IMG/VR virus record: IMGVR_UViG_650377933_000002
Length of the DNA stretch: 55,306 nt
Reading direction: 5' to 3' (one strand)
DNA from: a virus
Taxonomy: Duplodnaviria; Heunggongvirae; Uroviricota; Caudoviricetes
Shown here in pieces: positions 1 to 9,383 of the stretch; position 1 is the first letter of the stretch, and each line of letters begins with the position of its first letter. A model generated the notes under the pieces. That model saw only the letters and a list, made by a program, of their open reading frames with translations. It did no database searches and was not told the origin of the DNA. The translations under genes were made by a program, and so were the position numbers.

Positions 1-1143
1 CTATGCTGTTTTGATATCTACGATAATCCAGTCTTTACCACGATCATCATTGTATCGGTCGGTCATTTTTCTGGATTTATGGCCTAACAACTTTTGCGTA
101 TCCAGACCCTGTTCCCGATATAACCGTTCTGACAGAGATCGCTGCTCATGAAATGTGGGCGCAGTTCCTTGCTCCCATTTTATGCCACATTTTTCCCTGG
201 CCTTTTTAAAAGCCGTTGTCAGAGTATTCGCAGAAACCTGGTCTCCTCTGTTTGCTTGAGAGGTTGTGTGACGGTAATGGACCAGATATTTACTAACAAC
301 AGCATCCCTGCACTGAGATATAACTTCACGAAGGGTAATATTCAGAGCATCGCATTTCAGGTTAAGCGGAATAGCAAGTTTTGAACCGGTTTTTTCCTGA
401 GTAATGTGCAACATGTCGTCCCAGATATCAGAGAATTTCAAATTGCAGATATCGCCTAAACGTTGTCCAGTGACAAGAGCAAGTAGCATCCCGCATTTTA
501 AATAGGGCTGCCGTCTGCTTACGCTGTCAAATATTGCCTGCCATTCGGGCAGTGATAATCTTTGGCGGTTTACTCGATTTCGCGGTTGTTTTGTTGCCTG
601 CGCTGGGTTAAATCCTGGCGGAACATGTCCTGCGTGTTGTGCTTCTTTGAAGACGTCGATTAACACCATTCTCACGACTTGCGCCATCCTGTTATGACCT
701 TCAGCCTTTACAGCATCAATTATTTCGGCAATATCAAGTGCGGTAATATCCTTGAGGTGTTGCATTCCACAATGCTCACGGAAAAGACGAATGGGTTTGC
801 CTTTTTGCCGATAGGAGTTGGGTCTTAGTTCATTATGTTGCAGCCTGTCCTCCTGGATAGAAATATATTTATCAAGCCATTCTGTCACCGTAATGTCTGA
901 GCGCCTGCCTTTCATTCTTTCCAGACGCTCATTGACGCTTAATATTTGTCGGGTACGTTGTTCAGCAATAATGGTATTTGCTTCAGTAGCAACTTGTTTT
1001 GCTTCATTCTCATCAGTTCCTAAGCTATGAAAACGACCGGATAGTGGATGTTTGTATTGCCAATATACCTTTCCGGTTCGCTTATCTAATTTGCAATATA
1101 AATTGGGTATAGAGATTTTGTGAGATCGGGGTCTAGCAGCCAT
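1..1143 (-). CDS. int: phage tyrosine integrase
   Basis: 380-aa ORF with C-terminal tyrosine-recombinase-like region (..LLGHKSRKMTDRY..); its start overlaps the xis stop as in int-xis pairs; stop codon sits at the window edge. Confidence 0.85.
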   Translation of the reverse strand: MAARPRSHKISIPNLYCKLDKRTGKVYWQYKHPLSGRFHSLGTDENEAKQVATEANTIIAEQRTRQILSVNERLERMKGRRSDITVTEWLDKYISIQEDRLQHNELRPNSYRQKGKPIRLFREHCGMQHLKDITALDIAEIIDAVKAEGHNRMAQVVRMVLIDVFKEAQHAGHVPPGFNPAQATKQPRNRVNRQRLSLPEWQAIFDSVSRRQPYLKCGMLLALVTGQRLGDICNLKFSDIWDDMLHITQEKTGSKLAIPLNLKCDALNITLREVISQCRDAVVSKYLVHYRHTTSQANRGDQVSANTLTTAFKKAREKCGIKWEQGTAPTFHEQRSLSERLYREQGLDTQKLLGHKSRKMTDRYNDDRGKDWIIVDIKTA

Positions 1144-1369
1144 CAGCGATTATCCGTTGGAGTTTTGGGTTTGCGTTTATTGGGAGTTGCGGTTCTGCAA
1201 GCGTTCCTACAAAACGGGAATTTCGGTCAATCATCCAGTAGCGACCAACTTTTATAGCGGGTGGGGCCATCATTTTCCCTTGCGCGTATTTTTTCAGAAC
1301 TCGCTCACTTGGTGCTAAGTCCCCAAATTCTTCTTTAGCCCAGTCCTGTAAAGTGATTAGTCGAGACAT
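1133..1369 (-). CDS. xis: excisionase-like protein
   Basis: 78-aa ORF immediately upstream of and overlapping int; small basic protein typical of excisionase-like proteins; not lambda Xis. Confidence 0.6.
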   Translation of the reverse strand: MSRLITLQDWAKEEFGDLAPSERVLKKYAQGKMMAPPAIKVGRYWMIDRNSRFVGTLAEPQLPINANPKLQRIIADGC

Positions 1370-1508
1370 TTGTCCTCCTCTTAGCTACTGAGGGAGTTTG
1401 TGACCGATATATCTGACATGATATTAAGCTCATGGCAGGTACATCTCTTGACTGGTCATAGAGATAAATTTAATGCTGAGAAATGCAGTATTGAATTTAT
1501 CAATTTTT

Positions 1509-1748
1509 CTATTTCCTGCGTATGGCACGTAACTTCTTAATGTGTTCTGCTGTATCGATCTCTTCGGCTATCCGATCTGCATCAGCTTTATTCACAGGTT
1601 CAAAGTCATGATTAAAGCGGAACATGCTGGCGATACATGTTCTGCCTTTTCGGATGTAGTGAACTTTGTTGTGGGTAGAACGCAGGATTTTGCAGGGAGT
1701 GCCGTGGTGGTCGACGTACCAGGTGTTAGGAAAAATGATTCTGAACAT
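1509..1748 (-). CDS. hypothetical phage protein
   Basis: 79-aa ORF in the early-left operon between xis and a zinc-finger gene; no recognised motif. Confidence 0.35.
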   Translation of the reverse strand: MFRIIFPNTWYVDHHGTPCKILRSTHNKVHYIRKGRTCIASMFRFNHDFEPVNKADADRIAEEIDTAEHIKKLRAIRRK

Positions 1749-1795
1749 TTTTACACCTCAGTTGGACGATGTTGAAATTTGCTGCTTTGAGGCCA

Positions 1796-2014
1796 TCACA
1801 GTCCCCATTGTTTGTTCTTAAGTTCGATCTCCTCCTGGCAACTTGCACAAGTCCGACAACCCTGAACGGCCAGGCGTCTTCGTTCATCTATCGGATCGCC
1901 ACACTCACAACAATGAGTGGCAGATATAGCCTGGTGGTTCAGGCGGCGCATTTTTATTGCTGTGTTGCGCTGTAATTCTTCAATTTCTGATGCTGAATCA
2001 ATGATGTCTGCCAT
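1796..2014 (-). CDS. TraR/DksA-family C4 zinc-finger protein
   Basis: 72-aa ORF with CxxC..(17)..CxxC (CCECGDPIDERRRLAVQGCRTCASC), typical of phage TraR-like proteins. Confidence 0.7.
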   Translation of the reverse strand: MADIIDSASEIEELQRNTAIKMRRLNHQAISATHCCECGDPIDERRRLAVQGCRTCASCQEEIELKNKQWGL

Positions 2015-2112
2015 CTTTCATTAATCCCTGAATTGTTGGTTAATACGCTTGAGGGTGAATGCGAATAATAAAAAAGGAGCCTGTAGCTCCATGATGATTT
2101 TATTTTTCATGT

Positions 2113-2328
2113 TCACCGTTCCTTAAAGACGCCGTTTAACATGCCGATCGCCAGGCTTAAATGAGTCGGTGTGAATCCCATCAGCGTTACCGTTTCGCGG
2201 TGCTTCTTCAGTACGCTACGGCAAATGTCATCGACGTTTTTATCCGGAAACTGCTGTCTGGCTTTTTTGATTTCATAATTAGCCTGACGGGCAATACTGC
2301 GAAGGGCGTTTTCTTGCTGAGGTGTCAT
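2113..2328 (-). CDS. lambda orf61-like protein
   Basis: ORF 2113..2394; likely start at internal ATG (MTPQQENALRS..), giving 71 aa; position downstream of exo matches the lambda orf60a-orf63-orf61 series. Confidence 0.55.
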   Translation of the reverse strand: MTPQQENALRSIARQANYEIKKARQQFPDKNVDDICRSVLKKHRETVTLMGFTPTHLSLAIGMLNGVFKER

Positions 2329-2404
2329 TGAGCAAGTCCCATGTCGGCAAGCATAAGCACACAGAATATGAAGCCCGCTGCCAGAAAAATGCATTCAGTG
2401 GTTG

Positions 2405-2596
2405 TCATACCTGGTCTCTCTCATCTGCTTCTGCTTTCGCCACCATCATTTCCAGCTTTTGTGAAAGGGATGTGGCTAACGTATGAAATTCTTCGTCTGT
2501 TTCTACTGGTATTGGCACAAACCTGACTCCAATTTGAGCGAGGCTATGTGCCATCTCGATACTCGTTCTTAACTCAACGGGAGATGCTTTGTGCAT
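2405..2596 (-). CDS. lambda orf63-like protein
   Basis: 63-aa ORF ([23 protein letters not shown]..) matching my recollection of lambda orf63; same position. Confidence 0.6.
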   Translation of the reverse strand: MHKASPVELRTSIEMAHSLAQIGVRFVPIPVETDEEFHTLATSLSQKLEMMVAKAEADERDQV

Positions 2597-2757
2597 ACAG
2601 CCCCCCGTTTATTATTTATCTCCTCAGCCAGCCGCTGGGCTTTCAGTGGATTTTGGATAACAGAAAGGCCGGGAAATACCCAGCCTCGCTTTGTAACGGA
2701 GTAGACGAAAGTGATCGCGCCTACCCGGATATTATCGTGAGGATGCGTCATCGCCAT
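2569..2757 (-). CDS. lambda orf60a-like protein
   Basis: 62-aa ORF ([25 protein letters not shown]..) directly downstream of exo, matching lambda orf60a. Confidence 0.6.
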   Translation of the reverse strand: MAMTHPHDNIRVGAITFVYSVTKRGWVFPGLSVIQNPLKAQRLAEEINNKRGAVCTKHLPLS

Positions 2758-3428
2758 TGCTCCCCAAATACAAAACCAATTTCAGCCAGTGCCTCGTCCA
2801 TTTTTTCGATGAACTCCGGCACCATCTCGTCAAAACTCGCCATGTACTTTTCATCCCGCTCAACCACGACATAATGCAGTCCTTCACGCTTCATACGCGG
2901 GTCATAGTTGGCAAAGTACCAGGCATCTTTTCGCGTCACCCACATGCTGTACTGCACCTGGGCCATGTAAGCCGACTTTATGGCCTCGAAACCACCGAGC
3001 CGGAACTTCATGAAATCCCGGGAGGTAAACGGGCATTTCAGCTCAAGGCCATTGCCGTCACTGCATAAACCATCGGGAGAGCAGGCGGTGCGCATACTTT
3101 CGTCGCGATAGATGATCGGGGATTCAGTAACATTCACGCCGGAAGTGAATTTAAACAGGGTTCTGGCGTCGTTCTCGTACTGTTTTCCCCAGGCCAGCGC
3201 CTTAGCATTAACTTCCGGAGCCACACCGGTGCAAACCTCAGCCAGCAAGGTGTGGAAGTAGGACATTTTCATGTCAGGCCACTTCTTTCCTGAGCGGGGC
3301 TTTGCTATCACGTTGTGAACTTCTGAAGCGGTGATGACGCCGAGCCGTAATTTGTGCCATGCATCATCCCCCTGTTCGACAGCTCTCACGTCGATCCCGG
3401 TACGCTGCAGGATAATGTCCGGTGTCAT
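2748..3428 (-). CDS. exo: lambda exonuclease (Red alpha)
   Basis: 226-aa ORF near-identical over its length to recalled lambda Exo ([50 protein letters not shown]..). Confidence 0.95.
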   Translation of the reverse strand: MTPDIILQRTGIDVRAVEQGDDAWHKLRLGVITASEVHNVIAKPRSGKKWPDMKMSYFHTLLAEVCTGVAPEVNAKALAWGKQYENDARTLFKFTSGVNVTESPIIYRDESMRTACSPDGLCSDGNGLELKCPFTSRDFMKFRLGGFEAIKSAYMAQVQYSMWVTRKDAWYFANYDPRMKREGLHYVVVERDEKYMASFDEMVPEFIEKMDEALAEIGFVFGEQWR

Positions 3429-4210
3429 GCTGCCACCTTCTGCTCAGTGGCTTTCTGTTTCAGGAATCCAAGAGCTTTCACTGCTTCGGCTTGTGTCAGT
3501 TCTGACGATGCGCGAATGTCGCGGCGAAATATCTGGGAACAGAGCGGCAATAAGTCGTCATCCCATGTTTTATCCAGGGCGATCAGCAGAGTGTTAATCT
3601 CCTGCATGGTTTCATCGTTAACCGGAGTGATGTCGCGTTCCGGCTGACGTTCCGCAGTGTATGCAGTATTTTCGACAATGCGCTCGGCTTCATCCTTGTC
3701 ATAGATACCAGCAAATCCGAAGGCCAGACGGGCACACTGAATCATGGCTTTATGCCGTAACATCCGTTTGGGATGCGACTGCCACGGCCCCGTGATTTCT
3801 CTGCCTTCGCGAGTTTTGAATGGTTCGCGGCGGCATTCATCCATCCATTCGGTAACGCAGATCGGATGATTGCGGTCTTTGCGGTAAATCCGGCACGTAC
3901 ATGATTCATTGTCCTGCTCAAAGTCCATGCCATCAAACTGCTGGTTTTCATTGATGATGCGGGACCAGCCATCAACGCCCACCACCGGAACGATGCCGTT
4001 CTGCTTATCAGGGAAGGCGTAAATTTCTTTCGTCCACGGATTAAGGCCGTACTGGTTGGCGACGATCAGCAATGCGATGAACTGCGCATCGCTGGCATCA
4101 CCTTTAAATGCCGTCTGACGAAGAGTGGTGATCAGTTCCTGTGGGTCGACAGAATCCATGCCGACACGTTCAGCCAGCTTCCCGGCTAGCGTTGCGAGTG
4201 CTGTACTCAT
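3425..4210 (-). CDS. bet: Red beta single-strand annealing protein
   Basis: 261-aa ORF matching lambda Beta ([66 protein letters not shown]..); overlaps the exo start. Confidence 0.95.
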   Translation of the reverse strand: MSTALATLAGKLAERVGMDSVDPQELITTLRQTAFKGDASDAQFIALLIVANQYGLNPWTKEIYAFPDKQNGIVPVVGVDGWSRIINENQQFDGMDFEQDNESCTCRIYRKDRNHPICVTEWMDECRREPFKTREGREITGPWQSHPKRMLRHKAMIQCARLAFGFAGIYDKDEAERIVENTAYTAERQPERDITPVNDETMQEINTLLIALDKTWDDDLLPLCSQIFRRDIRASSELTQAEAVKALGFLKQKATEQKVAA

Positions 4211-4215
4211 CCGTT

Positions 4216-4512
4216 TTATACCTCTGAATCAATATCAACATGGTGGTGAGCAATGGTTTCAACCATGTACCGGATGTGTTCTGCCATGCGCTCCTGAAAC
4301 TCAACATCGTCATCAAACGCACGGGTAATGGCTTTTTTGTTGGCCCCGCAGCGTTGCAAATGATCGATGCAGAGTGATTCAAACAGGTGCTGTGGAAGAC
4401 CTTTTTCCATGTCGTCTGCCAGTTCTGCCTCTTTCTCTTCACGGGCGATCTGCTGGTAGTGACGCGCCCAGCTTTGAGCCTCAAGACGATCCTGAATGTA
4501 ATAAGCGTTCAT
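4216..4512 (-). CDS. gam: Gam, RecBCD inhibitor (short GamS form)
   Basis: 98-aa ORF matching the C-terminal 98 aa of lambda Gam ([30 protein letters not shown]). Confidence 0.9.
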   Translation of the reverse strand: MNAYYIQDRLEAQSWARHYQQIAREEKEAELADDMEKGLPQHLFESLCIDHLQRCGANKKAITRAFDDDVEFQERMAEHIRYMVETIAHHHVDIDSEV

Positions 4513-4587
4513 GGCTGAACTCCTGAAAATGGCTGTGAAAATATCGCCTGCGAAATGCCGGGCTGATTAGGTAAACAGGAAAGGGGA

Positions 4588-4998
4588 TTAGTGATTCAGG
4601 CCGTTGCCGCGTCCGTCGAGAAAAACTTCCACGAGCAAATCACGGGTATAAGTGCGCTCGATGCCGCGATGCAGATAAAGCCGTCCGCGTAAATTAGCTG
4701 ATGCAGTCCAGGTACCATCTTTGTGTTTGACCAGCATTCCTGGCATGACCGCACCGCGATTAACGGTCTGCGTTCCGTAATGTTGATGAACCATAAAAAC
4801 TCCTGCCCGTAAGCTGGGCTGCTGAACATATAGAGACTTCTGCGCGTATTCAGGCGGTGGATGGCCACCGGTTGTCATAACTAAGCCGCCTCGTTGAAGC
4901 GACTGAGGTATGAGGTGTTGAGTTGATTTCAGCTGGTCACACCGACGTTCACGCGTCCGCTTCACCCCTCGCACTCCCCGGAGCCTGCTGAAATTCAA
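4588..4998 (-). CDS. hypothetical early-left protein, possibly Kil-like; start uncertain
   Basis: 136-aa ORF in the slot after gam; Arg-rich N-terminus, protein-like C-terminal half (..[46 protein letters not shown]..); an alternative-frame ORF 4596..4868 overlaps it, so the frame is not certain. Confidence 0.3.
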   Translation of the reverse strand: MNFSRLRGVRGVKRTRERRCDQLKSTQHLIPQSLQRGGLVMTTGGHPPPEYAQKSLYVQQPSLRAGVFMVHQHYGTQTVNRGAVMPGMLVKHKDGTWTASANLRGRLYLHRGIERTYTRDLLVEVFLDGRGNGLNH

Positions 4999-4999
4999 G

Positions 5000-5270
5000 C
5001 TGCGGATCTAAGCGGTCATCGCAACGGTGAATCAGGTGATTGCCGTATCGTTGTGTTGTTGCGACATGGTGATAATAGCTATTGCTATTGGCTGTATCAA
5101 TACTTATTGCTATTGATTGATGTGTTTTGATATTAACTGTTTGATAGCAAAAAGAATTAATTTTGTGACTTGTATCGCATAGCGATAACTGAAGGGAGGA
5201 TGTGGTGGTTTTTCGAACGGTTTGTGTGATGAGGGGACAAAAGAAAACCCGGCACGGTGGCCGGGATTCT
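5000..5270. promoter_or_regulatory. AT-rich intergenic region with TTGCTATTG repeats (candidate OL/pL-type operator-promoter)
   Basis: Non-coding AT-rich stretch with the TTGCTATTG motif at least twice (5040..5110); the same motif recurs between the repressor and cro-like gene. Confidence 0.4.
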
Positions 5271-5647
5271 TACGCAGGTAGGTAAAGATATGATTGTGGT
5301 GGCTTAATATTACTACCTAGAGCAGAGATAGGAATTGGTTCTTTATATCTTTCCACTTCACCAATTTTTATTGCGTAGGCCTTTTCTCTACCTGAATAAT
5401 ATGAGTCATAAAATTGCTTAGAAATACCTGCGTGTTTTTCCGTCTTTTTCCAAAGAGATTCCGGTTCGTCACTTAGTATTGATTCAATACGGAATTGACC
5501 AACAACTTTACCTAATGGCATCGTGGCATAAATAACAACGGTGCTAATTTGCGGATTTTTGAATATACCTTTACGAAACTCGAACCGCTTTGTTCCGTTC
5601 AATATTTTTTCTGCAAACTCAGGCTTAATGGATAATAAAACTTTCAT
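5270..5647 (-). CDS. ASCH-domain protein
   Basis: 125-aa ORF with the ASCH signature GxKxxExR near the N-terminus (NGTKRFEFRKG); ATG start overlaps the 3' end of the upstream gene by 23 nt (operon). Confidence 0.7.
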   Translation of the reverse strand: MKVLLSIKPEFAEKILNGTKRFEFRKGIFKNPQISTVVIYATMPLGKVVGQFRIESILSDEPESLWKKTEKHAGISKQFYDSYYSGREKAYAIKIGEVERYKEPIPISALGSNIKPPQSYLYLPA

Positions 5648-6698
5648 TTATCTTGCCTAACTCGATGATCTTTAAGAACTGCTCATTTGTGAGTTTAAAG
5701 TGACTCCATCGGAATGCACGCGAACCATTTAGCCCCACATGATCTATTAAAATAGCACGATTGGGTCTCTTTGACAAAGACAGATTGTATGTGAATCTTA
5801 TAATGAAAGGGTATCGACGTTCTTTATAGATTTTTCTGAGTTCATCTTCAGAAAATACGCTAAAACGAATACAATAGTCTACAAAACTATCTTCGCTTAA
5901 AAATTCAGAAATATTTTTTACGCTCTCAACTACACATAATGTACTGGCTACAGAACGATAGCGAGCTGGCCCTTTTTTGTCTCCGGTTCTATAGATGACA
6001 ATGATATCTCCTCTTTTCATTCCCATCACAGAACGCATTCCACATATGTAAATTTTATGAATGCTGTTAGCATGGGATATATCTTTGACAATATCTGGTG
6101 ATTCATTTACAAGTTTTGAATCAGGGAATAGTCTAGTGTGATATTCGGGATAAATCGCCAGTAAATATTTGTTGGCCCTTGATGTCATTATTCGAGGGTA
6201 ATCTAATAAAATATCACCATAAGGCTCATGCAAAGACCTCGCATATACAAACTCTTTCCCGTTATGTGTTTCTTTTTCACCATGAATGTAAAATCCGTAC
6301 GTTTGGAAAAGTTTTATTAGATGGACGTGTTTGTCGAAAACAGTAACATAAATATCATCAGATTTTGATGAAAATGCATGGTCAAACGCTTTTTTTAGAA
6401 ATCGTTGTCCGCGAAGGGTGCCTTTAGATTCAAATTTGAATGTTCCTATCTTTAGATGACGTCCTGGTGGGAGCGCTGGATTAATGTCATTTGCATCATC
6501 ATTTTCTTTTAGATACATAAAACCTTCGATTTTATGCTTGTCATCATAGAGCACATAAGCTGATTCTCCTTCTCTGGCTTTTTTTTCTAACCAAAGAGGA
6601 AACTCTTTATAATCTTTTTTTAAAGAGTCAAAAAATGGGTCATTGTGATCAAAATCAGAGAATTTCTCATATTTTAAAGTATCCATTAAGTTCTCCAT
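5625..6698 (-). CDS. hypothetical two-domain protein (N-terminal GNAT-like, C-terminal PUA/ASCH-like beta-barrel?)
   Basis: 357-aa ORF, AT-rich; probable true start at the second ATG (6686, MDTLKYEKF..) preceded by GGAGA; N-terminal region has a GNAT-like pattern (..KGTLRGQRFLKKAFDHAF....IYVTVFDKHVHLIKLFQTYGF); domain calls are from motif resemblance only. Confidence 0.55.
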   Translation of the reverse strand: MENLMDTLKYEKFSDFDHNDPFFDSLKKDYKEFPLWLEKKAREGESAYVLYDDKHKIEGFMYLKENDDANDINPALPPGRHLKIGTFKFESKGTLRGQRFLKKAFDHAFSSKSDDIYVTVFDKHVHLIKLFQTYGFYIHGEKETHNGKEFVYARSLHEPYGDILLDYPRIMTSRANKYLLAIYPEYHTRLFPDSKLVNESPDIVKDISHANSIHKIYICGMRSVMGMKRGDIIVIYRTGDKKGPARYRSVASTLCVVESVKNISEFLSEDSFVDYCIRFSVFSEDELRKIYKERRYPFIIRFTYNLSLSKRPNRAILIDHVGLNGSRAFRWSHFKLTNEQFLKIIELGKINESFIIH

Positions 6699-6766
6699 TC
6701 TAAAATGAATAATTAAGTTGTTTTACTGAATGAGCACAATGCCCGGTTGATAATTTTTAATTGGTA

Positions 6767-7459
6767 CTATCCATGCTTCCTATACGTCTGCGGCATGCTC
6801 CCAATAACTTTCCCGAAGATAAATACCCGGTTCATCTCATCTTTCTCGATCGGGTCCCACGGTGAGTAGCTTTTGTTATCAGAGATAACCAGCAGCTTAT
6901 CCTTCATCATTTGCAGGCGCTTTACATGGGCTGTGTCGTCGTACAGAAACGCATAGATACCATCACCGTCGAAAGATTTAACCGTGATATCAACGAATAG
7001 AAGATCACCAGGTTCAATCGTTCCTGACATGCTGTCACCGCGTACGTTAATGATGCGGATATTTTCTGCCTTCCTACCATCGAACATGTGACGAGCATCG
7101 TCAAACGAGTACTCAACCGAGCGTAGAACTTCTACAAACTCACGGTTGATGACTCCCGGCCCGGCACTCACTTCTATATCAAGAACGTCAATCTTGAAGT
7201 ATTTGGGATGGTTGGCAGTAGGCTTCCCTAATTGTTGACCGTCATTTCTCATCGGGCCTATGCCTGATGAGAGCCACTCTGTTCGAACACCCAATGCATT
7301 AGCTATTTCAACAATTTTTGTTGAGCCGCGCGCGTTGCCGCTTGTCAGTCTCCAGATTGTGGGTTGAGCTACGCCAGACGCCTTTGCAAGAGCGCCTTGA
7401 GACATTCCAGATTGTTCCATCGCTAGGTTTAAGCGATCAGCAAGAGTTTCTTTTTTCAT
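6767..7459 (-). CDS. CI-like repressor (HTH + LexA/S24 peptidase-like domain)
   Basis: ORF 6767..7495; ATG at 7459 (MKKETLADRLNLAMEQSGMSQGALAKASGVAQPTIWRL..) gives 230 aa with an N-terminal XRE-type HTH and a C-terminal S24-like region (..GDSMSGTIEPGDLLFVD..); the 7495 start would be TTG and would cover an operator-like palindrome; no SD, consistent with a leaderless repressor mRNA. Confidence 0.8.
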   Translation of the reverse strand: MKKETLADRLNLAMEQSGMSQGALAKASGVAQPTIWRLTSGNARGSTKIVEIANALGVRTEWLSSGIGPMRNDGQQLGKPTANHPKYFKIDVLDIEVSAGPGVINREFVEVLRSVEYSFDDARHMFDGRKAENIRIINVRGDSMSGTIEPGDLLFVDITVKSFDGDGIYAFLYDDTAHVKRLQMMKDKLLVISDNKSYSPWDPIEKDEMNRVFIFGKVIGSMPQTYRKHG

Positions 7460-7569
7460 AAGTTTTAATTTATACGCTTGCGTATTGATGGTCAAAACAC
7501 GTTTTGCTATTGTTATGATTAATACGCATTGCTATTATTTATTCATTGTAATACCAATAGGAATTAATA
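7460..7569. promoter_or_regulatory. OR-type operator-promoter region between divergent repressor and cro-like genes
   Basis: 110-bp AT-rich divergent intergenic region with palindrome TACGCTTGCGTA and TTGCTATTG/TTGCTATTA repeats. Confidence 0.55.
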
Positions 7570-7797
7570 ATGACAAATCAAACCATTCAACTCGCAATCA
7601 GTATTACAGGTAGTCAAAAACGACTGGCAGATCTATGCGGTGTAGCCCAGCCCACTGTTTGGCGTTGGCTACACGGTGGCGGAATTGATGCCCGCTATGT
7701 AATGAAAATTGTCTCAGCCACTGGTGGAAAGATTAAACCAGCAGATATTCGTCCCGACCTCGCACCATTGTTTAACGCGAGTAATTCTGCCGCCTAA
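7570..7797 (+). CDS. Cro/YdaS-like HTH regulator
   Basis: 75-aa ORF divergent from the repressor, with HTH (..QKRLADLCGVAQPTVWRWLHGG..); AGGA-type RBS upstream. Confidence 0.75.
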   Translation: MTNQTIQLAISITGSQKRLADLCGVAQPTVWRWLHGGGIDARYVMKIVSATGGKIKPADIRPDLAPLFNASNSAA

Positions 7798-7821
7798 TCT
7801 GCGGCGTTAACTGATAAGGCA

Positions 7822-8367
7822 ATGACTATGCAACCACTTACATACCAACAGACTAGCGGATTTAGCCCGACTGCGGTGATAAATCGTTCTCAAACAAAAC
7901 AGGCGCCAGGCCACGAAAAAATCCGTGATGCCGTTCGCGCCTGGTCGGCTGCAGATAATCAGGATGTTGTTGCCGCACTCATTGTGAATGAGTATCGGGA
8001 GCAGGGCGGCGGCACCATCGATTTTCCTGATGATGTCAGCCGTGCACGCCAGAAGCTGTTCCGCTTCCTCGATAACAAATTCGATTCTGAAAAATACCGA
8101 AATAACGTGCGTGAACTGACCCCGGCAATTCTGGCGGTACTACCGCTGGAATATCGCGGCCACCTGGTTGAGCAGGATAGCTTCATGGCTCGGCTGGCTG
8201 AAATGGAAAAGGAACTCAGTGAGGCAAAACAGGCTGTCATTCTCAACGCACCACGCCACCAGAAACTGAAGGAGATGAGTGAAGGCATTGTGTCGATGTT
8301 TCGTGTGGACCCGGATCTGGCTGGTCCACTGATGGCGATGGTCACCACCATGCTGGGGGCAATATGA
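7822..8367 (+). CDS. CII-position regulatory protein (YdaT-like?)
   Basis: 181-aa ORF between cro-like and O genes; family assignment from recollection only. Confidence 0.45.
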   Translation: MTMQPLTYQQTSGFSPTAVINRSQTKQAPGHEKIRDAVRAWSAADNQDVVAALIVNEYREQGGGTIDFPDDVSRARQKLFRFLDNKFDSEKYRNNVRELTPAILAVLPLEYRGHLVEQDSFMARLAEMEKELSEAKQAVILNAPRHQKLKEMSEGIVSMFRVDPDLAGPLMAMVTTMLGAI

Positions 8368-8453
8368 CAGGTTCGGAAATGGCGAAAGCCGGTCTGCGCG
8401 AACAGAACCGACTTTCAGGTGCAAATCGTAACACACTCATTGCGGGAGGAATT

Positions 8454-9383
8454 ATGGCAAACACTGCTGAGATATTCAATTTTCCAGTGCCGGATGTGGC
8501 ACAAAAGGAGCCGCGCGTGGCAGATCTCGATGATGGTTATACGCGCATTGCAAATGAGTTGCTGGAAGCTGTGATGCTGGCCGGATTAACACAGCACCAG
8601 CTTCTGGTCTTCCTGGCTGTCATGCGCAAAACATATGGCTTTAATAAAAAACTGGATTGGGTGAGCAACGAGCAACTTTCCGAGTTGACCGGGATATTGC
8701 CGCACAAGTGTTCTGCTGCAAAAAGTGTTCTGGTAAAGCGTGGGATTTTTATTCAGAGCGGGCGGAATATCGGCATTAATAATGTGGTCAGTGAATGGTC
8801 AACATTACCCGAATCAGGTAAGAAAAATAAAGTTTACCTGAAAGAGGTAAATTTACCTGAATCAGGTAAGAAAAGTTTACCCAAATCAGGTAAAGGCGTT
8901 TACCCGAATCAGGTAAACACAAAAGACAAACTAACAAAAGACAATATAAAACCTTTTTCGTCCGAGAATTCTGACGAATCCTCTGACCAGCCAGAAAACG
9001 ATCTTCCTGTGGTGAAACCGGATGCTGCAATTCAGAGCGGCAGCAAGTGGGGGACAGCAGAAGACCTGACCGCCGCAGAGTGGATGTTTGACATGGTGAA
9101 GACCATCGCGCCATCAGCCAGAAAACCAAATTTTGCAGGGTGGGCTAACGATATCCGCCTGATGCGTGAACGTGACGGACGTAACCACCGCGACATGTGC
9201 GTGCTGTTCCGCTGGGCATGCCAGGACAACTTCTGGTCCGGTAACGTGCTGAGTCCGGCCAAACTCCGCGACAAGTGGACTCAACTCGAAATCAACCGTA
9301 ACAAGCAACAGGCTGGCGTGACAGCCGGAAAATCAAAACTCGACCTGACAAACACTGACTGGATTTACGGGGTGGATTTATGA
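8454..9383 (+). CDS. O: replication initiator O-like protein
   Basis: ORF 8364..9383; alignment with lambda O N-terminus (MTNTAKILNF.. versus MANTAEIFNF..ADLDDGYTRIANELLEA..) puts the start at ATG 8454 with GGGAGGA RBS; contains the iteron array; overlaps the P start. Confidence 0.8.
   Translation: MANTAEIFNFPVPDVAQKEPRVADLDDGYTRIANELLEAVMLAGLTQHQLLVFLAVMRKTYGFNKKLDWVSNEQLSELTGILPHKCSAAKSVLVKRGIFIQSGRNIGINNVVSEWSTLPESGKKNKVYLKEVNLPESGKKSLPKSGKGVYPNQVNTKDKLTKDNIKPFSSENSDESSDQPENDLPVVKPDAAIQSGSKWGTAEDLTAAEWMFDMVKTIAPSARKPNFAGWANDIRLMRERDGRNHRDMCVLFRWACQDNFWSGNVLSPAKLRDKWTQLEINRNKQQAGVTAGKSKLDLTNTDWIYGVDL
8805..8955. repeat. phage replication origin: four to five iterons (TTTACCCGAATCAGGTAA) plus AT-rich segment, inside O
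   Basis: Repeats of TTTACC(C/T)GAATCAGGTAA at about 8805, 8834, 8852, 8876 and 8899, followed by an A-rich tract, as in lambda ori. Confidence 0.8.

Noticed and set aside
7460-7495. Longer CI-like repressor start at 7495
   Set aside because: That start is TTG and would place the TACGCTTGCGTA operator-like palindrome inside the coding sequence; the ATG at 7459 was preferred.
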